Source of the DNA: a virus
Strand: one strand, 5' to 3'
IMG/VR virus record: IMGVR_UViG_2974715202_000001
Length of the DNA stretch: 64,000 bases
Shown here: positions 46,357-54,832 of the stretch, piece after piece
Layout: each line of letters opens with the position of its first letter
Position numbering within the stretch: position 1 is the first letter of the stretch
Made by a program: the position numbers and the translations under genes
The notes under the pieces: model-generated
Seen by the model: the letters and a program-made list of their open reading frames with translations, nothing else
Told to the model about the DNA's origin: nothing
The model's database searches: none

Positions 46357-46562
46357 CAGGAATCTTCCGGAATTGGCGTGAAAGTGAATTTCTCCACCAG
46401 TGCCATGGCCAACGCTTGTGCGTCTTCCTTATGAAGACCGTATCTGTCGATTTCTTCGGCCAGCAATCTGCAAGCCTCCAGACGGTCTTCATACTCTTCG
46501 GCGTGGCACATGGACGAAAAGATAGTGCCGTCAGAGGTCCGGTACACCAGTTCAATGGACAT
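46356..46562 (-). CDS. Hypothetical protein, 68 aa
   Basis: RBS GAGGA; Y.TSDG.IF motif. Confidence 0.7.
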   Translation of the reverse strand: MSIELVYRTSDGTIFSSMCHAEEYEDRLEACRLLAEEIDRYGLHKEDAQALAMALVEKFTFTPIPEDS

Positions 46563-46573
46563 TACTGCGATCC

Positions 46574-46840
46574 TCAGTAGCAGCGGATGATTTCGGCGCG
46601 AATATCGCGACGGTCCAGGTAATGCTCAATAATCTTGTCGCGGGCGCGCTCGGCCTCTTCGCGACTGCCGAACGACAGGTTGAACGAAGTGAAAGGCTTA
46701 TCGTCCAGGCGTCCATCGCCGATCAGGTACAGGATGCCTACCAGCACGAAAGACGGCGCTGTCTGTCGCGTTTGCGGCGGGTCGATTTGCATTTCGAGGA
46801 AAGACATGGGAACCTCTTCAGGATGGTCTGGTGAGTACAT
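46574..46840 (-). CDS. Hypothetical protein, 88 aa (MYSPDHPEEV...)
   Basis: Own RBS CAGGAG and TAATG junction at 46838-46842. Confidence 0.65.
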   Translation of the reverse strand: MYSPDHPEEVPMSFLEMQIDPPQTRQTAPSFVLVGILYLIGDGRLDDKPFTSFNLSFGSREEAERARDKIIEHYLDRRDIRAEIIRCY

Positions 46841-47059
46841 TAATAGCGCTCCTGCTGAGAGGCCACTGTTTCCGGTTCGTAGATGAGCATGTCCACGATT
46901 TCCGGGCACTGGCTTTTCACCCAGTCGATTGCCGCCCGCCATCGTGGTGTCGGCGCCGAAGGTGAAAGTTCGATAAGACTCATGGATGTACGGCGAACCC
47001 ATGAAGTCGCGCTCGGTCGTGCGAGAAATGACTACTTTGATATTAACAATCCGGCCCAT
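46840..47059 (-). pseudogene. 72-aa gene with a +1 frameshift that fuses it to the downstream gene
   Basis: 220 nt from ATG to the coupled TAA. Removing one C at 46935-46937 restores ...MAAAIDWVKSQCPEIVDMLIYEPETVASQQERY*. Confidence 0.65.
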
Positions 47060-47261
47060 CTTCGGCCTCCACTTTAGCGATGATATCGGACAGGCTCAGC
47101 TTCTCGCCGTTCAGAAAATAACTGGCGCGAAACTTCCTGTCGCCTTCTGGCCCGACGATTCGGGCTGTTATTGTGAGACTCCCGCCGCCAAGGGCATCCG
47201 TGTCCCTGAAGAAAGCCAGCAGCGCCCGCTTGAGCGCTGCCTCGCGAGGATCGACTGCCAT
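47043..47261 (-). CDS. Hypothetical protein, 72 aa
   Basis: TAATG coupling at 47261. Confidence 0.65.
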   Translation of the reverse strand: MAVDPREAALKRALLAFFRDTDALGGGSLTITARIVGPEGDRKFRASYFLNGEKLSLSDIIAKVEAEDGPDC

Positions 47262-47491
47262 TAACCTACCACATTCCAGCCGTGCTGGGCGCACCATACC
47301 GCGCCAGTTCCCGCAGGAAGACTGTTAAGAAGGAATACAGGGGTCAGGCGGCCATCCTCGGTCATGTGGATGAAGTAGCGTGCACTTTCACCGAGCCATT
47401 CGGCCTTGGCGATGGCGCGTTCGAGGTTGATCTTGGTGGCGTAGGTCTTGGTGGTGTTTTTGTCGGTGGAGAAGGTTACTTCGCGGGCCAT
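47261..47491 (-). CDS. Hypothetical early protein, 76 aa
   Basis: RBS AAAGGA directly behind a conserved promoter. Confidence 0.75.
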   Translation of the reverse strand: MAREVTFSTDKNTTKTYATKINLERAIAKAEWLGESARYFIHMTEDGRLTPVFLLNSLPAGTGAVWCAQHGWNVVG

Positions 47492-47516
47492 TTTGTCGAT
47501 TCCTTTTGGTTGAAGG

Positions 47517-47588
47517 GTTTCGCGTTTCGATGAGGGAATACTACTCTCACCTGGCTCAGAAGTAAAGCACTTTGTGTAAATTATTTCA
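47517..47588 (-). promoter_or_regulatory. Sigma70-like early promoter
   Basis: TTTACT (47561-47566), 17 nt, TAGTAT (47538-47543); AAATAAT upstream and ATCGAAACGCGAAAC downstream. Confidence 0.75.
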
Positions 47589-48582
47589 CGAACATCTTCT
47601 TGGCCTTCTGATAAGACGAAGAAGTCATCAGGCGCTCGATGACGTCCATGTCCGAAACCAAATCGTCCAGAAGGACGTTTCGCCAGGTCGCGAACCGACC
47701 GAGCGAGAAGATGCCGGCTTCATGGGTGAGATTCCAGATCATGGATTCGCGCTCGTCGCGACCGAGCGGAATGATTTTACCCTTGGTCTGGACGGTCGGC
47801 TCGCCGTCCGGAATGAGATTCTTCTTCCTGATGCCGAAGGCCGAACAAACTTCATCCAGGTCCCAGTTGCTGTCCCATTCGATGGTTTCGATTTCACCAG
47901 CCGCAGTCTCCACGATGCCCTTAGTAACGGATTCGACGATAAGGGTGTCGCCGGTGATGGACGCTCGAAACGTTCCCACTTCGGGACCAGGGAAATACAC
48001 CGTCTGGAAGACATCACAAGGAATGGAAAGCTTGTACCGACTCACGACGATGGAGGTTCCTTCGCCGAATGACGGGTCGATCCCCAGGTCCAGTCCTGCC
48101 GCAGCCAGATTGGCGCGGAATGGTGCTGTGCTGATGATATTAACGTGATCATCTTGCCGGCGAAGGAACTGGAAGAAAGAGGCGTCGAAAGGCCTGCCCC
48201 AGCTGATGCGATTCGCTAGCTTAGCGACCAGCTGCTCATAGTAGTCGGCCGGCGCGATCCAGCGCTTTTCGGTCGCCATGTTCCAGATGGACCGATCCGA
48301 CAGGCCGCCCGTTACTTTCCTGGAGTACATGTTGCAGTAGTCGATGCGCGGCTGGGAAACGAACTCGCCGTCAATGTAGATGGCCTTGTGTACGGTGACT
48401 TCGCGGAATGGGATGCCGGTGAGTTGGCCGATGACTGGTGAGCGGAACCGCAAGAGCGCGTTGTGGCGTTCCTTGCTCGTCGGCGTCGCCGCGTCGATGA
48501 TTTGGGCTTGAGGGAAACGATGCGCGGCGATCAGGCCGGCGAGTCCGGCTCCCACGATGATAACTTTGTGATCAGGAATCAT
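47581..48582 (-). CDS. FAD-dependent oxidoreductase (UDP-galactopyranose mutase-like architecture)
   Basis: IIVGAGLAGL Rossmann motif; C-terminal IFSLGRFATW. Confidence 0.75.
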   Translation of the reverse strand: MIPDHKVIIVGAGLAGLIAAHRFPQAQIIDAATPTSKERHNALLRFRSPVIGQLTGIPFREVTVHKAIYIDGEFVSQPRIDYCNMYSRKVTGGLSDRSIWNMATEKRWIAPADYYEQLVAKLANRISWGRPFDASFFQFLRRQDDHVNIISTAPFRANLAAAGLDLGIDPSFGEGTSIVVSRYKLSIPCDVFQTVYFPGPEVGTFRASITGDTLIVESVTKGIVETAAGEIETIEWDSNWDLDEVCSAFGIRKKNLIPDGEPTVQTKGKIIPLGRDERESMIWNLTHEAGIFSLGRFATWRNVLLDDLVSDMDVIERLMTSSSYQKAKKMFVK

Positions 48583-48623
48583 GAGATGTTCCTTATGAGT
48601 GTACAGAACTTGGGAGGATAAAA

Positions 48624-48649
48624 AAGGGACCCATTTTCATGAGTCCCTT
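48624..48649 (-). terminator. Intrinsic terminator
   Basis: AAGGGAC/GTCCCTT stem with U-tract on the minus strand. Confidence 0.55.
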
Positions 48650-48689
48650 GAAGAGCTAGACGATTCGGTCTCAGAAGAGCGGCGGCGGC

Positions 48690-49580
48690 TTACTCTTCTT
48701 CACCATCGGAACCGTCGGCGCCCTGACCTTCACCGTCGTGCTCCTGGCCTTCATCGGCCTTCTCGTCATCGCCCTGGCCAGCTTCGTCTTCCTTCGAAGC
48801 GATGGCAACCAGATCGACCCAGCCCATGATTTCCAGCTTGCTCAGATAGCTGCGAACCGAGGTGCCGTACAGCAGGTGGGCCACCTTCTCGCCGAAGGAT
48901 TCGATTTCGACCGGCTCACCAACGGTGCAGTGCTCGTTGATGTAAGCAAACACCTTGCCGCGAGTCGAGAAGGCCTGCGGGGTTCCATGGCCGTCGCCGG
49001 TCGGGATGAAGTGGGTGGCGCGCGGACGGCGCGAACCATTGGACTTCAGGTCTTCGCGGCGGGCTTCGGCCTTCTTGCGGCGCTCTTCCTGCTCTTCCTT
49101 GCGACGCTTCTTCTCGGCTTCGCGCTCAGCCTTCTTCTGCTCGGCCAGGCGCTTGCGCTCTTCTTCGCGAGCGACTTTCTGAGCTTCCTGGGCGGCCTTC
49201 TTCTCTTCGGCCTTTTTGGCTCGCTCGGCTTCCTTCTCGGCCTTCTTCTGCTCGCGCTCGGCTTCCTTGGCCTTCGCCTTCTCAGCCTGCTCGGCTTCCT
49301 TCGCCTTGGCCTTTTCAGCACGCTCGGCTTCCTTGGCGGCGGCCTTTTCCTTCGCCTTCTCGGCGCGCTCGGCTTCCTTCTTCTCACGCTCGGCCTTGCG
49401 CTTCTCTTCGCGCTCGGCTTTCTTCTGTTCGGCTTCCTTGGCCTTGGCCTCGGCCTTCTCGGCGCGCTCGCGCTCTTTACGTTGACGCTCAGCGGCCTTC
49501 TCGGCCTTGCGCAGGGCGGCTGCTTGTTCCTTGGTCAGCTCTTCGCCTTGGGTCTGTTCGTTCTGGTCTTTCTGTTCCAT
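48690..49580 (-). CDS. Glu/Lys/Ala/Arg-rich helical protein with C-terminal winged-helix-like domain
   Basis: About 170 aa of EKAE/AERA repeats, then a globular domain (STRGKVFAYI...YLSKLEIMGWV); RBS GGAG. Confidence 0.75.
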   Translation of the reverse strand: MEQKDQNEQTQGEELTKEQAAALRKAEKAAERQRKERERAEKAEAKAKEAEQKKAEREEKRKAEREKKEAERAEKAKEKAAAKEAERAEKAKAKEAEQAEKAKAKEAEREQKKAEKEAERAKKAEEKKAAQEAQKVAREEERKRLAEQKKAEREAEKKRRKEEQEERRKKAEARREDLKSNGSRRPRATHFIPTGDGHGTPQAFSTRGKVFAYINEHCTVGEPVEIESFGEKVAHLLYGTSVRSYLSKLEIMGWVDLVAIASKEDEAGQGDDEKADEGQEHDGEGQGADGSDGEEE

Positions 49581-49738
49581 GTTCTTACTCCGGGAATGTT
49601 TTAAAGGGATGGCTTATTGGCCTGTGAGTGGATTATCTCTAAACTAACTGAAGAAGGGAATACCCTTAGCCTGAACTTTCCTAAATATTTTCTTTCGGGA
49701 AAGTCCAAACTCTAGGGAACTTATTTATGTTCGAGAAG

Positions 49739-50929
49739 TTACTGGCTTTTACGCAAGAACAGCAAGTATTCGATAGCGCGAGTTATCCCAGTATACATCA
49801 ATTGACTATAAGGGATGGACGGTAAGTTTTCTTCCAACATTGCGACCCGTTTCCATTCTGACCCCTGCGACTTGTGGAACGTCATCGCCCAGCCGAAGTC
49901 GAATCCGCCAATGGCCTTCTGCGCCTCCAGCCGCACGTCTTCCTCGGCCGAAAAGCTCAGAGGGTTGAACTTTACCCAGCGTTCATAGTTCGTACCGATA
50001 ATGCGAACTTTGGCGAACAACATCTCATCAGGCTCGTCGTCATCCTCTTGCCCTTCAGGAACCGGCTTGAAGTCCAGCAGAATGGCTTGTTCGCCGTTCA
50101 TGATTCCATATTCGTGCTGGTTCCCAGTACACACCAGCTTCTCGCCGATTCCCGGCTGCGCACCTTTGTAGCCGAGGATTCGGCGAGCGCGTGCGTTCAA
50201 GCGACGGCGAGTATTGTTGTAAGCGCAAAGAATCACACCATCGTTGTCCAGGAACGTCCGCATTTCATCATCCGACATATCGAAGCCGGCCCGGACCACT
50301 ATGTCATCATACTCGCGGCATGGCAAGCGCTTGCCCTGGCGAACAAACATCGACGCCCGAACGATATTGCCGGCGTTGCGCTCGATTTCGGTCATGATGG
50401 TATCACAACTGTTCTCGTGGAAGATCTGGACGCCGCGCACAGGAGGAACTTGGCCAAAGTCACCAATCTCCAGAACCGGAATTCGATGCGACAACAGGCG
50501 CTCTTCATCCCACTCGCCGATCATAGACGACTCGTCGAGCACTACCAACTTCGGTTTCTCGTCGAGCGAGTCTTTGTTGGCAAACATGATTTCGCCGTCT
50601 TCATCTTCACCAATCGGTCGATAGATAAAGCTGTGAAGAGTCCGGGCATTGACGCAACCTTTCTCACGAAGCCGCGCGGCAGCCTTTCCGGTCGGCGCGA
50701 TGAAGACTGTCCAGTCCATCGAGCAGCAAAGTTCGGCGATGATCTTCGCAATAGAAGTCTTACCAGTTCCTGCAAAACCGGCGAGTCGATAGACCTGACG
50801 GCGGTGCGCTCGATCACACCAACCGCGATACCAGTTAACGACGGAATTAATCGCGTCGATCTGCTGGCTATTAGGTCGGAAGCCGAATCGCTCTTCGATC
50901 TGATCGACGGTGAAGTTAGATGCTGACAT
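49739..50929 (-). CDS. RecD/Dda-like SF1B helicase
   Basis: GFAGTGKT, LDESSM, GDFGQVPPV and TFHKSQGSEW motifs. Confidence 0.9.
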   Translation of the reverse strand: MSASNFTVDQIEERFGFRPNSQQIDAINSVVNWYRGWCDRAHRRQVYRLAGFAGTGKTSIAKIIAELCCSMDWTVFIAPTGKAAARLREKGCVNARTLHSFIYRPIGEDEDGEIMFANKDSLDEKPKLVVLDESSMIGEWDEERLLSHRIPVLEIGDFGQVPPVRGVQIFHENSCDTIMTEIERNAGNIVRASMFVRQGKRLPCREYDDIVVRAGFDMSDDEMRTFLDNDGVILCAYNNTRRRLNARARRILGYKGAQPGIGEKLVCTGNQHEYGIMNGEQAILLDFKPVPEGQEDDDEPDEMLFAKVRIIGTNYERWVKFNPLSFSAEEDVRLEAQKAIGGFDFGWAMTFHKSQGSEWKRVAMLEENLPSIPYSQLMYTGITRAIEYLLFLRKSQ

Positions 50930-51338
50930 ATTTGCGTTCTCCAACGCTAGGTTTAATTGAATTGAGACTCAGTTTAAGCAGACCGTCCACAGACCACCCA
51001 GTATCACGACGATATTTGCGGCCGTGCGGATCGACATAGAAGTTTTTCGTGCGCCGCAACAGGACATAGTGCCAAGCAGCGCCGAGTGCATGAACCCTTC
51101 CTTTATAAGGGAAGGCCTTAAGTTGCTCTGCGGCCTTCTTCGCCCCAGGGAGCCAGCGGACGGTCGAAAGGACCAAGACCGCACCCTTGACAGCCTGGGA
51201 AGCGGCGCGGCCGTCCTGTGGGCTATAGCGATGTCTATCGGGGTCTACCCAGTGGTGGTTGCCACGCCGGAGCTTCACCGTCCGGGACCGGCCCTCAAAC
51301 ACCACAGTACCTTCGTGAGTAAAAATGTGTTCCGCCAT
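50916..51338 (-). CDS. Basic protein with two internal repeats
   Basis: RBS AAGGA; LRR....VDP...Y motif occurs twice. Confidence 0.7.
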   Translation of the reverse strand: MAEHIFTHEGTVVFEGRSRTVKLRRGNHHWVDPDRHRYSPQDGRAASQAVKGAVLVLSTVRWLPGAKKAAEQLKAFPYKGRVHALGAAWHYVLLRRTKNFYVDPHGRKYRRDTGWSVDGLLKLSLNSIKPSVGERKYVSI

Positions 51339-51367
51339 GGAATGTTCCTTATAACGTACAGTTCTGC

Positions 51368-51396
51368 TTTACCTCTGCGCAAGAAGAGTATACTAT
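51368..51396 (+). promoter_or_regulatory. Promoter of the rightward primase operon
   Basis: TTTACC, 17 nt, TACTAT. Confidence 0.6.
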
Positions 51397-51505
51397 CAGC
51401 TGACTCGTCAAAGCGAGCGAATTTAATCCAACTTTACTTCGGCAGGAAAGTGGCCGATACTAGCGCCGCCGCCTGTACTGCCCTCCAAAACAGAGGATAC
51501 ATTAA

Positions 51506-52291
51506 ATGCAAGAATGCAAGATTTCCCGCGACCAACTCCCGGTCGGCAATCCGAATCCCAATGTCGATAAGACTCGCGACCCGAACCTAAAGCCCGGCTA
51601 CCTGCGTCGCAGTCGCGAGCTGGACCCGGCTCTGGCCGTTCGCATCCGTCGCGAGCTGATCCATGCGGAAGCCTCCGACTTGGCCATGGCCGGGTGGGTC
51701 AATTCCCAGTCCAGCCTCTATGGATCGAAAGCGTTCCCGCGCCATTCCGTCGTTCGCGTGACTGGGATGGCGGAATCTGAAACGAACGTCGGAATGCTCA
51801 TCGGATTCATCGAGCACCGCAAGCACGGTGAATGGGCAGTTCTGGAAACTGGGACGAAAGAAGGCGGCGCGATCACCATCCCAGTCGAGAGCATCATGCG
51901 TGCGTCATTCGCAGAGGCCGAAGAATTCGCCGAGAAATGGAAGCGTAACCTGGGGTGGCGCCTCCTGCGTCAGCTTCGTGAATGCGGCGCCCTGGCCGGG
52001 ACTGAAGACGAATTCCTGCGGCGGATAATCAATCGATATGTTCGCGATCTCACGATACTCGCCCACCACAAAGCCGGCGCAGACAAAAGCTATACCAATG
52101 CAGTGCTCAAAAGTATCGGCGAAGCATGGCCGCAGATTCCTGCAGGAACATTCGTCGGCCACCGGGTCGCGCAACTTCTGATCAATCACAAACTAGGACG
52201 AGCTGGCACCATCTTGAATGACCTGGTGGACTTCCTGGAGAAGTTCGCGGCCGGGCGCGATAAAGTTCTCAACATCGCCATCTGTAATTGA
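51506..52291 (+). CDS. Hypothetical protein, 261 aa
   Basis: RBS GAGGA; first gene of the operon. Confidence 0.8.
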   Translation: MQECKISRDQLPVGNPNPNVDKTRDPNLKPGYLRRSRELDPALAVRIRRELIHAEASDLAMAGWVNSQSSLYGSKAFPRHSVVRVTGMAESETNVGMLIGFIEHRKHGEWAVLETGTKEGGAITIPVESIMRASFAEAEEFAEKWKRNLGWRLLRQLRECGALAGTEDEFLRRIINRYVRDLTILAHHKAGADKSYTNAVLKSIGEAWPQIPAGTFVGHRVAQLLINHKLGRAGTILNDLVDFLEKFAAGRDKVLNIAICN

Positions 52292-52300
52292 GGTGAAGGG

Positions 52301-53272
52301 ATGAACAATAAACCGACGCTGAATCACCACCATCAAACTGCATTGTTGTATCTGTATAACAATCCAAATCAGCCGGCCTTCACAGGTCCCAACAATCAGG
52401 CGCTCAATGAACTTCGGCAGATGGGGTATGTAAAGGCGAAAGAATTCGAAAACTGGGCAGGTACCGGCCATCTTAGGATGGAATGGACGCTCACCAAAGC
52501 CGGGATTGAGCGCGTCGAAGTCGGGCTTCTGGGGAAGCGCGACGCTTGCAAGGGAATCGGTCAGACTTTGCTTCGGGGGAAGTGTACTGTTTGCAATGGC
52601 CGCGGCCAGGGGTGGATCAGCGAATGGTCGCAGAAGCCAATTGAAGATAATCCTCAAATTGTCCCTAAGTTCGAAAAGACCGATGCGAATAGGCTTGCAG
52701 ACGCCATTGAAGAAATCGGCCGGCTGGAAAAGGCACTGGCCGAATCCGAAAAGCGCGGGAGCGAGCTGGCCGCGAGCTATTGTGACGGCGTAGTCGGCGA
52801 TGAATACGGCCATCCTTATTGTCGTTATAAAGTGGAACGCGACGCCGCCTTGGCCGAAGTCGAGCGCCTGCGAGAATCAAAAGGCGATCCCTCTGGCAGC
52901 TTCGACCGTTGTATGAAGATGATGTACGAGCGCGACGAGAATGCAAAACGACTCGACGCCGCCTTGGCCAGGGTCGCGGAGCTTGAAGGGAAGTTAACGG
53001 ACTGGGTGCGCGAAGGGTTCCGGCTCAACGAGGCGCTAGCGGTCGCCAAGGCTCAACCCAGCGTGCCGGAGGGGTGGAAGCTCGTACCGATGGACCCGAC
53101 ATCGCAGATGACCTCTGTCGGTCAGTCCCTGCGTTATGACGCGGTAAACAGCATCGGCGAGATTTACCGGCAAATGCTCGCCGTAGCTCCCTCACCCATC
53201 GATCCGGCCGCGCATCCTCAGCCGTGCCAGCAACCACAGGCCCATCCTGCCCGCTGCGGATGCGAGCGGTAA
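52301..53272 (+). CDS. Mosaic accessory protein, 323 aa
   Basis: N-terminal wHTH-like segment, degenerate Zn finger, (E/L)RDAALA.V..L repeats and VPEGWKLVP module. Confidence 0.7.
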   Translation: MNNKPTLNHHHQTALLYLYNNPNQPAFTGPNNQALNELRQMGYVKAKEFENWAGTGHLRMEWTLTKAGIERVEVGLLGKRDACKGIGQTLLRGKCTVCNGRGQGWISEWSQKPIEDNPQIVPKFEKTDANRLADAIEEIGRLEKALAESEKRGSELAASYCDGVVGDEYGHPYCRYKVERDAALAEVERLRESKGDPSGSFDRCMKMMYERDENAKRLDAALARVAELEGKLTDWVREGFRLNEALAVAKAQPSVPEGWKLVPMDPTSQMTSVGQSLRYDAVNSIGEIYRQMLAVAPSPIDPAAHPQPCQQPQAHPARCGCER

Positions 53273-53295
53273 GTGCCAAGTAAGGAGTTTATGTA

Positions 53296-53754
53296 ATGGA
53301 ACAGCAGAAACCTTCGGAAGTAGATGGAGTCATCGTCATGACCGATCTCGATATTCGCATTCTTCGAAAGGCGAAGCCAGAAGCGCAGGACGAGTGCGCC
53401 GTGTCCATGTTCGCAACGGCGATCCGCCAGAAGTTGCAGCGCTCCCGCGACAAGGGCCGAGGCGGATGGATCGATTGCGACGAAAATGTTCTGCTGGATG
53501 GATTCGCCGAACATGCGCTGAAAGGCAATGAGAACAACCTCCTGGACCTGGCGACGTTCCTGATGTTCATGTGGGTGCGCGGCATCGATGATGCGAAGAT
53601 TCCCCCGGCGCTCGAAAAGGCGCGACAGCACAAGATCATGGAAGCCTGGAGTCGAATCCATGAAGATGGCCTAAACTCCGCCAGAAAGGCGAGTGCTGCG
53701 CGACAATTCGTGGAAGTGCCTCGACGCAAGGGGCGCCCGGAGCGACTTGCATGA
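53296..53754 (+). CDS. Helical protein, possibly MazG-like fold
   Basis: F.TAI.QKL...R.KGRGGW...LLDLATF.M pattern. Confidence 0.6.
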   Translation: MEQQKPSEVDGVIVMTDLDIRILRKAKPEAQDECAVSMFATAIRQKLQRSRDKGRGGWIDCDENVLLDGFAEHALKGNENNLLDLATFLMFMWVRGIDDAKIPPALEKARQHKIMEAWSRIHEDGLNSARKASAARQFVEVPRRKGRPERLA

Positions 53755-54827
53755 AGCCTCACGAAATAAGACTGGCTCAGGCCGAAGAATTCCTGCGAGA
53801 ACTCGGCAGAGGGATTCCGGACGACGAACGGGTGATGGTCGGCTACGCTGAAGAGGCCACAGTCCAGACCGACGAAAACGGCCGCAAGCTCAACGCAGGC
53901 TGGTGGCCCGTGCCCTGGAAGGAAGGCAAGTACATCAATTCCAGGTCAAACGCCTACGCCTGTATCTCGTCTTCCATCAAGACGCCCAACCCGAAGACCG
54001 GCCAGATGCGATATTGGCGCGGCGAGGCCTCTTTCGGCCACGGCCTGGCGTTAATGGTCGATGACATCGGCTCCGGCAAAGGGTCCAAAGGCGACTTCGA
54101 CCGCGATGAGTTCCGCGAGCGCCTGGAGCCGACCGCGATTGTGGAGACTTCGCCGAACAACTACCAGTTCTGGTATTTCTTCAAAGAGCCAATGTCCCAC
54201 ATGCTTCAGTTCAAGGCGCTGCTCTATTCGTTCGTGGACCAAGTGCTAAAGAAAGGCGGTGACAACACCGTCAAAGATGTCAGCCGTTATGGTCGCATGC
54301 CATTCGGCTTCAACAACAAGCGCGGGAAAGACGGCAACTTCAAATATGCCGACGAAAACGGCAAGCCCGAACTCGTGCGCCTGTATCACGCAGACTATTC
54401 CAAGCGCTATTCGCCAGAGGAAATCGCCCAGGCCTTCGGCGTCCGCATCATCATGCCACAGATGAAGAAGGTGGAGATAAACCGCGACGACTGGGTTTAT
54501 GACCAAGTATGGCTGAAGTATGCCGAGCACATCTGCACGAAGTACAAGATGGGCGAGGCAGCGGGCGGCCAAGTCCAACAGAATATGTCCGGCAAATATC
54601 GCATCCGCTGCCCATGGGGAGACGAGCATACAAACGGCGATCCATTCGGCGCCTACTTTCGCGGGCCGATCCCTGGAGCTGAGCACGAATATGTGTTCGG
54701 TTGCGGGCACGATACTTGCCGCAAAGAGCATCGCCGGACTTGGGCGGCCTTCACGGATGAAGTCGTGCTACCCTATATCGTCGAACAATTGGAAAGAATC
54801 AACCGCCGTCATATCGGTGAGGAGTAG
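53751..54827 (+). CDS. DNA primase (RepB-like AEP) with C-terminal Cys/His domain
   Basis: MVDDIG, EPTAIVETSPNNYQFW and RYGRMP motifs; CPWGDEH...CGHDTC. Confidence 0.8.
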   Translation: MKPHEIRLAQAEEFLRELGRGIPDDERVMVGYAEEATVQTDENGRKLNAGWWPVPWKEGKYINSRSNAYACISSSIKTPNPKTGQMRYWRGEASFGHGLALMVDDIGSGKGSKGDFDRDEFRERLEPTAIVETSPNNYQFWYFFKEPMSHMLQFKALLYSFVDQVLKKGGDNTVKDVSRYGRMPFGFNNKRGKDGNFKYADENGKPELVRLYHADYSKRYSPEEIAQAFGVRIIMPQMKKVEINRDDWVYDQVWLKYAEHICTKYKMGEAAGGQVQQNMSGKYRIRCPWGDEHTNGDPFGAYFRGPIPGAEHEYVFGCGHDTCRKEHRRTWAAFTDEVVLPYIVEQLERINRRHIGEE

Positions 54828-54832
54828 ACAAT

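Noticed and set aside
49046-49520. CRISPR-like or DNA-level repeat array
   Set aside because: The periodicity comes from Glu/Lys/Ala codons of one protein; there are no constant repeats with unique spacers.
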